Shown piece after piece: positions 21,221-31,066 of a stretch of DNA of 64,000 nucleotides. Within the stretch, counting starts at the first letter, position 1, and every line of letters starts with the position of its first letter. The notes beneath the pieces are model-generated. The model ran no database searches, was not told the DNA's origin, and saw only the letters and a program-made list of their open reading frames with translations. The DNA is from an uncultured Chthonomonadaceae bacterium (GTDB lineage: Bacteria > Armatimonadota > Chthonomonadetes > Chthonomonadales > Chthonomonadaceae), in contig CAWIEK010000063.1 of assembly GCA_963835065.1 (NCBI GenBank), forward strand, positions 205,296-269,295, in the 5' to 3' direction. Position numbers and translations under genes: made by a program.

Positions 21221-21448
21221 ATGTCGGTAGAACAACCCGGTCCCATTGTCGCTGAAGCCGCTCCGCAAAAAGCCAGTTACTTGCAGGAAGTTCTTACGGA
21301 ACTGCAAAAGACTACCTGGCCGACGCGCCCGGAAGCCTTGAAACTTACCTATATCGTCATTGGCGTGATTGTGGTGCTTGGCATCTACATGGGCATTATG
21401 GATGTGATACTGGGCGCTATTTTCGCCCGCATCCTGCATCACGGCTAA
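21221..21448 (+). CDS. secE: Preprotein translocase subunit SecE
   Basis: YLQEVLTELQKTTWPTR plus one TM helix; lies between tRNA-Trp and nusG. Confidence 0.95.
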   Translation: MSVEQPGPIVAEAAPQKASYLQEVLTELQKTTWPTRPEALKLTYIVIGVIVVLGIYMGIMDVILGAIFARILHHG

Positions 21449-21524
21449 TTCTGCGCGAGTTTGCCGCAACTTTTTCCGCACCCGGACTGCGCCGGAACCC
21501 GCCGCATCGCAAGGTGGAGGAACC

Positions 21525-22079
21525 ATGCAACGACAGTGGTATGCCATACATACCTATTCGGGCCACGAGAACAAGGTCAAGACCAACATCGAGCAGCGCG
21601 CCAAGACCATGAAGCTGGGCGAGAAGATCAACCGCATTCTCGTGCCGACGGAAACGGAAGTCAAGTCGCGCGCCGGCAAAGCCGGCAAGCCGTCCACCAA
21701 AGTCGAGGTAAAGCGCAAGCTGTACCCCGGCTATGTGCTGATCGAAATGGAAATGGACGACACGACGTGGTATCTGGTGAAATCCACGATTGGCGTCACC
21801 GGCTTTATTCCGCCCCCGCCCCCCGGCAACCGTCCCACGCCCCTGCCGGAGCGGGAAGTGAAAGAAATTTTGACCGCCATGGAAGGCACGGTTGCCATCC
21901 CGGTCATCAAGTACGAAAAGGGCGATGTCGTGCGCGTCACCGCCGGCCCCTTCACCGAATTTACGGGCAAAATTGAAAATGTGGAAGCGGCCAAAGAAAA
22001 ACTGAAAGTGCTGATTTCCATCTTTGGACGCGATACGCCTGTGGAACTGGATTTTTCGCAGGTGGAGAAAGTAGTTTAG
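21525..22079 (+). CDS. nusG: Transcription termination/antitermination factor NusG
   Basis: WYAIHTYSGHENKV, YPGYVL, KOW motif GPFTEFTG, IFGRDTPVELDF. Confidence 0.98.
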   Translation: MQRQWYAIHTYSGHENKVKTNIEQRAKTMKLGEKINRILVPTETEVKSRAGKAGKPSTKVEVKRKLYPGYVLIEMEMDDTTWYLVKSTIGVTGFIPPPPPGNRPTPLPEREVKEILTAMEGTVAIPVIKYEKGDVVRVTAGPFTEFTGKIENVEAAKEKLKVLISIFGRDTPVELDFSQVEKVV

Positions 22080-22081
22080 GA

Positions 22082-22203
22082 GGTAGACGGTAGACGGTAG
22101 ACGGTAGACGGTAGGAGTCTCATTCGCTAAACTTTCCTATGCTTATGTAGCGTTGCGAAAAACAGAGTTCCTGCCGTCTACCGTCTACCGTCTACCGTCT
22201 ACC
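22082..22203. repeat. Inverted heptamer-array element (GGTAGAC)
   Basis: (GGTAGAC)x4 ... (CCGTCTA)x4 between the nusG stop and the rplK RBS. Confidence 0.95.
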
Positions 22204-22222
22204 CCTCTGAAAGAGGACTCTC

Positions 22223-22645
22223 ATGGCAAAAAAGATTACCGCCGTCGTCAAGCTGCAAATTGCCGCAGGCAAGGCGACGCCCGCTCCCCCCGTCGGCTCC
22301 ACGCTTGGCCCTTACGGCATCAATATGATGGAGTTCATCAAGGGCTATAACGAGAAGACGGCTGCGCAGGTCGGTTCGATTATCCCGGTGGAAATCACGA
22401 TCTTTGAAGACCGCTCGTTTACGTTTGTTACCAAAACGCCGCCCGCCGCCGACCTGATTAAGAAAATGGCGGCGGCGGCCAAAGGTTCCGGGCGTCCCAA
22501 CCGCGAAAAGGTGGGCAGCCTGACTCAAGAGCAAATCCGCCAGATCGCCGAGCAGAAAATGCCCGATTTGAACGCCAACGACATCGAAGGCGCGATGAAG
22601 ATCATTGCCGGCACGGCGCGTTCGATGGGGGTAGATGTTGCGTAG
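22223..22645 (+). CDS. rplK: 50S ribosomal protein L11
   Basis: [26 protein letters not shown]. Confidence 0.99.
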   Translation: MAKKITAVVKLQIAAGKATPAPPVGSTLGPYGINMMEFIKGYNEKTAAQVGSIIPVEITIFEDRSFTFVTKTPPAADLIKKMAAAAKGSGRPNREKVGSLTQEQIRQIAEQKMPDLNANDIEGAMKIIAGTARSMGVDVA

Positions 22646-22774
22646 GTGTTCAGGTATTCAGGTATTCGGGTGTTCAGGACAATGCCGCATGGAAGTAAGT
22701 TGTGTGGGATGCACAAACTTATAATGAAGGATGTATTTACCTGAATACCCGAACACCTGAACACCTGAACACCT
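22644..22774. repeat. Inverted octamer-array element (AGGTRTTC)
   Basis: (RGGTRTTC)x4, about 60-nt spacer, (CCYGAAYA)x4. Confidence 0.92.
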
Positions 22775-22794
22775 GCCTGGAAAGGAGCGCCCGC

Positions 22795-23208
22795 ATGGTT
22801 GTTTCCTCTGCTGCCGTAAGTTTGATTGTGCTTAGTCTGTTTGCCATGTTCTGGATGGCGATACGTGAGCGCGTCACGCGTCTGGATGCCAGATTGCCCT
22901 ATCATCAGGCCGCCTATCAGCAGGATCGCCGCAAGGGGCGCTTTTATTTCAAGTCGGTGTGGACAGGGCTGCTGTCCGCGTTTGCGGGCATGGCCTGCCT
23001 GCAAGTGATGGCAAATACCCTGCTCAACGCCAACAACACCCGCAATGTCGTCAACGGCGCGGCCTATGGATTGGGGTTGTGGGGATTGCTGGTAATCGGC
23101 CTGGTCTGGTCGCAAATCGGCCAGCGCACCCTGGAACCCAATTCCGACGGCAAGATGCTGACACCGACCGAGGAAAGGCATAAGGCACAAGATAAAAGGC
23201 AAAAGTAG
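22795..23208 (+). CDS. Hypothetical membrane protein (3 predicted TM helices) inserted between rplK and rplA
   Basis: AAAGGAG RBS, 137-aa ORF with three hydrophobic segments. Confidence 0.7.
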   Translation: MVVSSAAVSLIVLSLFAMFWMAIRERVTRLDARLPYHQAAYQQDRRKGRFYFKSVWTGLLSAFAGMACLQVMANTLLNANNTRNVVNGAAYGLGLWGLLVIGLVWSQIGQRTLEPNSDGKMLTPTEERHKAQDKRQK

Positions 23209-23263
23209 TCAGTAAATTGTACTTTTATCTTATATCTTTTGCCTTCTATCTTATGCCTTGTAT
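23175..23263. repeat. Degenerate inverted heptamer-array element (AAGGCAY/AAGATAA)
   Basis: AAGGCAT AAGGCAC AAGATAA AAGGCAA ... CTTTTAT CTTATAT CTTTTGC CTTCTAT CTTATGC CTTGTAT. Confidence 0.8.
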
Positions 23264-23266
23264 TTC

Positions 23267-23299
23267 GTGGAAGGAACCATTCGGCTCCGCTAACACCAC
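23267..23299 (+). promoter_or_regulatory. Probable L1 autoregulatory binding hairpin
   Basis: GTGG-AAG-GA...CC-GCTAACA-CCAC stem with asymmetric internal loop directly before the rplA RBS. Confidence 0.55.
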
Positions 23300-23315
23300 A
23301 GGAGACACTAACAAA

Positions 23316-24128
23316 ATGGCAGATGTAGAAACAACCCCCGCGCCGCAAGTGGCGGACGAGGGCAAAGAAGAAAAGCATGGATTATCTACCGCAGCGCGGC
23401 GTCAGGCGAAACACAACCGCGCCAAGCACAGCAAGCGGTTTACGGCGATTGCCAAAGGCGTAGATTCGATGGCGCTGATGGAGCCGGATGCGGCGTTTGC
23501 GCGCGTGAAGGAACTGGCGACCGCCAAGTTCGACGAAACCATCGAAACAGCCATCAACCTGGGCGTTGATCCGCGCCACGGCGATCAGATGGTGCGCGGC
23601 ACGACGAACCTGCCGCACGGCACGGGTAAAACCCGCGTTGTGTGGGTATTCGCGCGCGGCGACAAAGCGGCGGACGCGCAGGCGGCAGGCGCGGACTTCG
23701 TGGGCGCGGAAGATTTGGTTGAGCGTATCCAAAAAGAAGGCGGCGCGACGTGCGATATTCTGGTCGCTTCGCCGGATATGATGCCGCTCGTGGGTCGCCT
23801 GGGCCAGATTTTGAAGCAGAAGATGCCCAACCCCAAAGCCGGAACTGTCAGCCCGAACGTCGGGCAGGTGGTGCGCGATATCAAGGGGGCTACCCGCGCC
23901 GAATTTCGCGTGGATAAGAACGGCATCGTTCATGCGCCGATTGGCAAGGCGAGTTACCCCGTCGAGCATCTTCACGCCAACTTCACCGCGCTGCTCAACG
24001 CCCTGATTAAAGCCAAGCCCGCTGCGGCCAAAGGCAAGTACGTCAAGAAGATCACGCTCACCTCCACGATGGGGCCAAGCCTGCAGGTGGATACGGCGGT
24101 TGCCCAAAAAATGGCCGAACGTCCGTAG
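23316..24128 (+). CDS. rplA: 50S ribosomal protein L1
   Basis: AKFDETIE, LGVDPR, LPHGTGK, MPNPKAGTV, STMGPS. Confidence 0.98.
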   Translation: MADVETTPAPQVADEGKEEKHGLSTAARRQAKHNRAKHSKRFTAIAKGVDSMALMEPDAAFARVKELATAKFDETIETAINLGVDPRHGDQMVRGTTNLPHGTGKTRVVWVFARGDKAADAQAAGADFVGAEDLVERIQKEGGATCDILVASPDMMPLVGRLGQILKQKMPNPKAGTVSPNVGQVVRDIKGATRAEFRVDKNGIVHAPIGKASYPVEHLHANFTALLNALIKAKPAAAKGKYVKKITLTSTMGPSLQVDTAVAQKMAERP

Positions 24129-24380
24129 TTCTTACCTCACCGGACGTTCTCTTGTAAATATACCCTTCTCCTGGCCGCGCCCTTTACATGAGCGCGTTGT
24201 AAGCGAACGCGCTTCCTTACGCTAGGGGAAGGGCTTTTTATATCGATTCTCCAGCTTCGGGGGTGAGGTAATCCTTTCACCTTCCTGAAACCGCTTCCGT
24301 TTCCCCGCGTAGTAGCACTGTTACCAATGTCCCTGATTAAAAGCCGGGCATTGAAAATACCCGTCTGAATGGCATTCCGC

Positions 24381-24438
24381 GTAGGGACATAACATGTTAT
24401 GTCCGGGGTGCAGAGGACATAACATGTTATGTCCCTAC
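24381..24438. repeat. REPIN-like inverted pair of GTAG-type palindromes
   Basis: GTAGGGACATAACATGTTATGTCC and its exact reverse complement, 10 nt apart. Confidence 0.8.
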
Positions 24439-24676
24439 GGACGCAATTCATTGACACACAGGCATTTACGTCCGCAGGACGTTCCGCCGCAGGCTATTCA
24501 GACGGTGGTTTTCAACCACCGGCCAAATGTGTCTTATTTACAGGCAGGGGAAGTCACTCTCCGTGCCGAATATCCCATTAACGTGTTGACAGCGTTTCTC
24601 AATCTGCGAACTTCGTCCGCGAAATTTCCATTTGTGAATTGTCTTTTGTTCTTTTCTTTGCAAAGGCTTGAACTCT

Positions 24677-26996
24677 ATGCGCCTGCCTCATGCCTGGCAC
24701 GTTTCCCTTGTTCTGCTCATCGGGTGTACCCTGCTGCTTGGCCTGTCTTCCCCCGTCCGTGCCGTTGACATAGACGTGCTGGTTGGGTTTGGGCAGAGCG
24801 TCACCAGTGGCGCGCGGTATCGGCCCGACTCGTGGACGCCGCTGACCGTGTATCTCACAGGGCCAAGCGCGCGCGGCGAGGGACAGCTACAGATCACGCT
24901 CACCCATGCGGGACACACGACCACGTATACCCGCCGCGTGCCCCTGCGCGACGGCGCGATGAATCAGGCCGAAGGCTTCGTCCTGAACCTGCATGGCACG
25001 GACAACTACGGTCAGCAGGGAACGCGCGACATCGAGGTGCAACTGCTGTCGGAAGGGCGCAAACTCGCGTCCAAAAAGGTCGCGCTGTCGGCTCCCATTG
25101 ATTCGGCGGCGTACACCGTTCTCGCCATGACCCGCGACAACAGCGGCTTGAACTTTCTGAACAAAAAGAAACTCGGTTTAATTCATCGGCATACCAACCC
25201 GGCCACGCTTGCCAATGGGCGGGGCTATATGGGCGGCGAACAATCCGAGCGCAACGGCATCAATCCCCTCGCCACCCTCCAATTGCTGTATACCGATGCG
25301 CGCGCTCTGCCGTCCATGCCGCAGGGGTACGAAGCCATTGACACGCTTGCCCTTGCCGACCAGCCCATTGACAGCCTGACGGACGCGCAAACCGCGGCCA
25401 TCAAAACCTTTGTCCGGCAGGGCGGGCTGCTGATTGTGTCGGGCGGCGGGGATTTGTCGCGCCTGCGCAGCCAGTTTTTCGCGGACCTGCTGCCGCTTGT
25501 CCCGTCCGGCGTAGTATCCCTCAGTTCCCTGCCCGCATTGGAAACACGCTACCAATCCTCCCTTAACTTGTCCACTCCCACCGCGCTGACAACCGGAACG
25601 CTTGCGCCCAACGCAACGGTGTTACTGGCCGGCCCCAACGCTTCTACGCCGCTTGTCACGTCCCGGCCTTATGGCGCGGGGCGCGTCGTATTCACCAGTT
25701 TCGATTACGTAGACCCGACGTTTCGGGGCTGGAAAGCGGCTGCCCTGCTGTGGCGCGACCTGCTGCGGACGGGCAATGAGGAGATTTCCGCCCGCTACCT
25801 GCTGGATACCGCAACCATGCTTGGCGGTTCGGGGCAGCGCATGGTGGACGCGCTTGCGGGCAAACAGGCCAGCAGTTTCCCCGATTATCGCGTCCTGATG
25901 GCCTTTCTCATCGCGTATATCCTGCTGCTCGCCCCCATTAACTATCTGATTTTGAAGCGCTTTGACAGGCGCGAAATGGGCTGGGTTTCCATCCCGATCT
26001 TGATTGTCGGCTTCGTGGCCGCGTCGTACTTGATTGCGCTCACCATCAAGGGCGGCGCGTTAAGCGCCAACCGCGCCGTGATCGTGGAAACGCAGGCCAA
26101 TACCCCACAGGCGGCGGGATACGGGCAAATGACCGTGTACTCCCCGCGCCGTTCCGCGTATGACATTGCCATCGCGTCGGAAGGCGGAACGGACGCGCAG
26201 CCGTTTGCCCTGCGGGATGCGCTCGGCAATGAGGGCGGCAGCGAACATGACCTGACGGTTGACAGCACGCTCGGTTCGCTTGCGGCGCGGGGCGCGCTGA
26301 TACGCCTTTGGGATAAGCGCACGTTCGACACGCCGCTCAACCTTGCGCTTGGAAACGGCATACAGGCGCAAACCCGTTTCGTATCCGGCAAGAACGTGGA
26401 AGTCACCGTCACCAACAACACGCCGTTTGCCCTGCGGCATTGCGCTCTGATTGCCGACGACCAGCATGTTGATGTGGGAGACGTTGCGCCCGGACAAACC
26501 GTTGGCCCCAAAACGATCAAATGGGCGCTTCGCCCCAATGCCACCAACATCGCGCTCGGTTCCCTGCCCGACAATCTGCCGCTCATAACTATGGACAGTA
26601 ATGGCAACGGCAATTATAATTCCAATTATAATCCCAATGGATATGTCCCTTCGTCCTCCCCGCTTTCCACGCCGAACAAAATTACATTAGCGATGGGAAA
26701 CGCGCTGGCGCAGGGCTTCGATAACAATCAATATGGCTATGGCGAAACGGGCCGGCTATGGGCGCAGCCTGAATGCGTTTGTCGGCTGGTTCGACGCGCC
26801 CCTGATGTCGCCGCGCATTGACGGCAAGCCCGCGCAAACAGGCGAGGAGGTGAACCTGCTGGTCGTTCATCTGCCCGCGCCTTCCAAAGCCTCGCCTGCC
26901 ATACGCGCCCTTGCCAATCCATTCGAGCAAACGCCCGTGCTGAATCTGGAAGACGAACTGCCGCCGGGAGCCAGAAAGATGGGGCACAATGGATGA
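24677..26996 (+). CDS. Large exported/membrane protein associated with the ABC-MoxR operon (frameshift near 26750)
   Basis: Signal peptide; GATase-like segment (AIKTFVRQGGLLIVSGG, YGAGRVVF); TM pair YILLLAPINYLILKR...WVSIP. Confidence 0.75.
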
Positions 26997-27814
26997 TTTC
27001 TAATCCGGTCTTGCGAAAAGAACTGCTTGTCCGCCTGCGCTTCGGACGGATGCCGCACATACAGCGCGTCGGCATTCTGATTGCCATTGCGCTTATGTTG
27101 GGCTATGTATATTTTCAGGTCTTCAACGCCCTGCGCAGCGACCCGCTGCCTTCTACGGGGCATGGCGCGTGGGTTCTTATTCTTTGCCTGCAATTTACGT
27201 TCGTGTGCCTGCTGGCCCCGGTTATCGCCGCCAATGCCATCACGCAGGAGCGCGAACAAATGACGTGGGAAATGCTGATCTTCACGCTGTTACGCCCTTC
27301 GGAAATCATTTTCGGCAAGTTGCTGGCGCGTATGCTGACGATTGTGGTCGTTCTGGCGTTGGGGTTTCCCGCCGCGTGTTTCGCCTGGGGCTTCGCCAGT
27401 TTTGCCGGACATGGCTCTTCAGAGTATATTTCGCCGGGGCAATTTGTGGGCGCGTATGTGACGGAATTCATCGTCGGCTTGTTTTTTGCCACGTTCGGCC
27501 TGTTCATGTCCTGGCTGTTCAAGCGCACCCTGTACGCAATCATGGCCGCGTATACGTTCGTTGTCGCGGTGCTGATTATCGGCACAGTTCTGGTGACAAG
27601 CATTCTGTCGCAACTTGTGGGCGATTGGAACTTCCTGACAAGCTGCCCCCTGATGTGGTTCAACCCCATCATGATGATTATGGAAGTGGTCGTTCCATCC
27701 CACCCGTTCGACAGCCTGCAATTATTCTACGGCCTGGTCGGGTATTGCGCCCTGACCGCTCTGATGCTCTGGCGCATGGTCGCCGGTTTCCGCCGTTTCG
27801 CGTTCGAGAGTTAA
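26993..27814 (+). CDS. ABC-2 type transporter permease
   Basis: NPVLRKEL, AITQEREQMTWEML, IIFGKL; six TM segments. Confidence 0.9.
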   Translation: MISNPVLRKELLVRLRFGRMPHIQRVGILIAIALMLGYVYFQVFNALRSDPLPSTGHGAWVLILCLQFTFVCLLAPVIAANAITQEREQMTWEMLIFTLLRPSEIIFGKLLARMLTIVVVLALGFPAACFAWGFASFAGHGSSEYISPGQFVGAYVTEFIVGLFFATFGLFMSWLFKRTLYAIMAAYTFVVAVLIIGTVLVTSILSQLVGDWNFLTSCPLMWFNPIMMIMEVVVPSHPFDSLQLFYGLVGYCALTALMLWRMVAGFRRFAFES

Positions 27815-27817
27815 AGC

Positions 27818-27934
27818 GAATGATGAATGATGAATGATGAATACAGTTCCACGCTGACTTATCTGCAAATCGGCTGAAGAAACGTCCGCACTCATTGTTT
27901 TCCACTCATCACTCATCATTCATCATTCATCATT
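27818..27934. repeat. Inverted heptamer-array element (GAATGAT)
   Basis: (GAATGAT)x3.5, 60-nt spacer, (CAYTCAT)x4.5. Confidence 0.9.
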
Positions 27935-27947
27935 TCAGGAGTTCTCT

Positions 27948-28985
27948 ATGTCGCCGATGGTTCAGCTTCAGCATCTTCGGAAAGAGTATCGTGGGGAAGG
28001 CAAGGACAAGACTTCGGTTGCTGTCAAGGATTTGAGCCTGGAACTGGAACAGGGCGATATTTTCGGGTTCATCGGGCCGAACGGCGCGGGCAAAACAACC
28101 ACGCTGAAAATGCTGTGCGGCCTGATCGTGCCTTCGGCGGGAACCGCGCTGCTTGACGGCATAGACGTGGTGCGCCATCCCGAACAGGTGCGCAGTATCG
28201 TGGGCTACATGCCGGACGTGTACGGCCTGTATGACGACATCAAAGTGTGGGAGTACCTGGACTTTTTCGCCGCCGCATACCGCATCCCCAAAGAAAAACG
28301 CGCGCAGATCGTTGACGACGTTCTCGCCCTGACCGACTTGACCGAGAAAAAGCAGTCTTATGTCAACAAACTGTCGCGTGGTATGCAGCAGCGGCTGTGC
28401 CTTGCCAAAGTTTTAGTTCACGACCCCAAAGTGATGCTGCTGGACGAACCCGCGTCCGGCCTGGACCCGCGCGCCCGTATCGAAATCCGCGAACTGCTCA
28501 AAGAATTGCAGTCTATGGGCAAAACCATCATTGTCAGTTCGCACATTCTGCCGGAAATGGAAGAGTTCTGCAATAAAATCGGCATCATCGAGCGGGGCGA
28601 ATTGATTGTCGCCGGCGATGTAAACACCATTGCCCGGCAGGTGCGCGGCCAGCAGGTTCTTAATGTCGGCGTGATGGAAGAAGTGGAGCGCGCGGAAGCC
28701 CTGCTGATGTCCATGCCGGAACTGGTGCGCGACGTAAAAGTAACGACGGGCCTGCGCGAAATCCCCAATCAGCCCGAAGAAGCCCGCCGCACCCAAACCC
28801 TCCAGCGCATCGAACAGTCCGGCAAGGGCGGCGTAATCCAAATCGGCTATGTGGGCGAAATAGACGAAGAATACAAAGTGCTGGCCGCGCTGGTGCAGGC
28901 GGGCATCAAAGTGCGCTCGTTTCACACGCCCGAAACCGATCTGGAAGACGTGTTTTTGCGGGTGACGAAGGGACAAGTGGCTTGA
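27948..28985 (+). CDS. ABC transporter ATP-binding protein
   Basis: GPNGAGKTT, LSRGMQQR, LLDEPASGLDP, SSH. Confidence 0.97.
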   Translation: MSPMVQLQHLRKEYRGEGKDKTSVAVKDLSLELEQGDIFGFIGPNGAGKTTTLKMLCGLIVPSAGTALLDGIDVVRHPEQVRSIVGYMPDVYGLYDDIKVWEYLDFFAAAYRIPKEKRAQIVDDVLALTDLTEKKQSYVNKLSRGMQQRLCLAKVLVHDPKVMLLDEPASGLDPRARIEIRELLKELQSMGKTIIVSSHILPEMEEFCNKIGIIERGELIVAGDVNTIARQVRGQQVLNVGVMEEVERAEALLMSMPELVRDVKVTTGLREIPNQPEEARRTQTLQRIEQSGKGGVIQIGYVGEIDEEYKVLAALVQAGIKVRSFHTPETDLEDVFLRVTKGQVA

Positions 28986-28986
28986 G

Positions 28987-29114
28987 AAAGTAGTCAGTAG
29001 CCAGTAGTCAGTAGTCAGTAGTAATGCTTGACTACTCATAATTTTGCATCATAAACATAATTTCCAATAGCCGGGTTCTCTACTGACTACTGACTACTGG
29101 CTACTGACTACTTT
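28987..29114. repeat. Inverted heptamer-array element (AGTAGTC), perfect 35-bp arms
   Basis: AAAGTAGTCAGTAGCCAGTAGTCAGTAGTCAGTAG and its exact reverse complement; 58-nt spacer. Confidence 0.97.
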
Positions 29115-29124
29115 GGAGTTCTCC

Positions 29125-30867
29125 ATGTCGCTAATAACGCGATTGCTGCCGGACAACCCGGTGCTGACAAAAGAATTGCGCGTACGGATGCGGGGCGCGC
29201 GGGCGTACTGGGTAATGTTCGCGTACCTGGCGTTTTTGACGCTGGTGATGCTGTCTACATACTACCCCTGGTGGAGTAACGTCAACAGCACGGGCGGGGG
29301 CGGGGCGCAGTCTTCAGAAATGGGACAACAATTGTTCTATTCCATTCTGGTGACGCAGATATTCCTTGTCCTGTTCATTACGCCTGCCATTACGAGTGGG
29401 GCGCTGACGATTGAACACGAACAGCGCACGATGGACATGCTGACCCTCACGCGAATGCCGCGCCGCTCCATTGTCATCGGCAAATTACTGGCGGCGGTGT
29501 CGTTTACATCGCTGCTGATTTTGACTTCCCTGCCGCTCATCTCCATTTGCTTTATGCTCGGCAGCATTGACCCCGCATTGGTACTGAGCGCGTATCTGGA
29601 AATGCTGCTCGGCAGTTTTCTCGTGGGCGCAATGGGCCTGATGTGGTCGAGCATTGCCCGCACCACAACCCTGGCCGTGATTTACACGTACCTGACGATG
29701 GTACTGATGTCCATGTTAGGGATGGCCGCGTTTGGATTTTCACAGGATCGCATGGGCGGCGACATCGCGCAGAATGTCGGACAGGCAATCGGCATGACGT
29801 GGTTCGGCAACCAGTTCTTCGGTTTTCAAGTGCTGGACGGCCTGGGCTTTGTGTTCATTTGCATCCTGGGCGGTATCTTGATGGCGACCACAGCGCGCGT
29901 TCGCCTGGAAACCTACCCGGAGCGCAAAGGCTATCTGCTGCGCGGCCTGACCCTGCTCATCCTCGGTTTGCAACTGTTGAGCGCCGATTTGTGGTGGCTG
30001 AATATGTGGTATCATCGGGGAGGGCGCGCGATACAGGTGCAAATCAGTCCGCCAACCGGCATGTTGATGCTGACGGCGATTGTGCTGCTGCTGCTGATTC
30101 CCGCTTTTGCAACCGGCGAATTAAAGCCTTCTGAGGCGCGGCATTACGGCGCGTATCTGCTGCGGGGCTGGACGCCCAGAGGACTGATGCGCGCCAAATT
30201 GAATTCCGCGCTGCCGTTTCTGCTGCTGACGTGCCTGCTATGCGTGGGCATGTACGCGCTGGCATTCGGATGGGTGGGCAAAATCGGAGATGTCAGCCGG
30301 CCTGCGGTATCGTCCGCGCTTTCGGTGGGTGTACCGGCGCAGATGCCGCCTCAGATGGTCAACGGCAAGCCCGGTCCCCCGCCGAAGCCTGATCCGATTG
30401 TTGTTCGCGCCACAAGCCCGGACTATGCGGCGAAGATCGGCGGCTTTCCGCAAATCGCGCTGATGCTGCTGGCGGTGACGGCGGGCTATACGCTGTTTTG
30501 CCTGTTGCTGTCCATCGTTTTCCGTAACCGTTGGGTGTCCTGGGTGCTGGCGTACCTGCTGATTGTGGCCGTGTGGATCGTGCCGATTACCAGTCGGGGC
30601 AACGGCCAGAGCGTGAAAACGGGCATGATGGTCAACCTGTATTATCTCGACCCCTTGCAGGCCATTTACCAGATCACGGAGCCGCTCAGTTTTTACCAGT
30701 TCAACCATTTTCTGAACATCAAGGAAGTGGCGATGTGGCGAGCCGTCAGCCTATCGTGGCTTGGCTTGGGATTGCTGTGCTTCCTGCTCACGCTGCCCTT
30801 CGTGTCCCGTGAACGCAAGCAGAACGGCGAGGACATCCCGTTTGAAGAAACGGTTGCGGATATGTAA
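29125..30867 (+). CDS. ABC transporter permease (extended)
   Basis: NPVLTKELRVRMRG, GALTIEHEQRTMDML, IVIGKL; many TM segments. Confidence 0.9.
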   Translation: MSLITRLLPDNPVLTKELRVRMRGARAYWVMFAYLAFLTLVMLSTYYPWWSNVNSTGGGGAQSSEMGQQLFYSILVTQIFLVLFITPAITSGALTIEHEQRTMDMLTLTRMPRRSIVIGKLLAAVSFTSLLILTSLPLISICFMLGSIDPALVLSAYLEMLLGSFLVGAMGLMWSSIARTTTLAVIYTYLTMVLMSMLGMAAFGFSQDRMGGDIAQNVGQAIGMTWFGNQFFGFQVLDGLGFVFICILGGILMATTARVRLETYPERKGYLLRGLTLLILGLQLLSADLWWLNMWYHRGGRAIQVQISPPTGMLMLTAIVLLLLIPAFATGELKPSEARHYGAYLLRGWTPRGLMRAKLNSALPFLLLTCLLCVGMYALAFGWVGKIGDVSRPAVSSALSVGVPAQMPPQMVNGKPGPPPKPDPIVVRATSPDYAAKIGGFPQIALMLLAVTAGYTLFCLLLSIVFRNRWVSWVLAYLLIVAVWIVPITSRGNGQSVKTGMMVNLYYLDPLQAIYQITEPLSFYQFNHFLNIKEVAMWRAVSLSWLGLGLLCFLLTLPFVSRERKQNGEDIPFEETVADM

Positions 30868-30913
30868 GTGGGATCGTTCAGATAAGTTCAGGTAAGCGCC
30901 GTGAGTTGAAACT

Positions 30914-31014
30914 CGCGGCTGTGATAACGAAGTCCGCCTTCGCGGACTCCATCGTAGAAAGATGATCTGTACCGCCTTGAGTCCGCGAAGGCGGACTTCG
31001 TTATCACAGCCGCG
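30914..31014. repeat. Perfect 36-bp inverted repeat (REP-like palindromic unit)
   Basis: CGCGGCTGTGATAACGAAGTCCGCCTTCGCGGACTC and its reverse complement; a related copy lies at 32785-32834. Confidence 0.9.
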
Positions 31015-31066
31015 CAATTTATTGCACGGGCTGAAATCTTGAATCTGGAACCGTAGGAATCGCTTC

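Noticed and set aside
21092..22203. Array elements as ordinary intrinsic terminators
   Set aside because: No U-tracts, loops of about 50 nt, and they lie within co-oriented, normally co-transcribed gene clusters.
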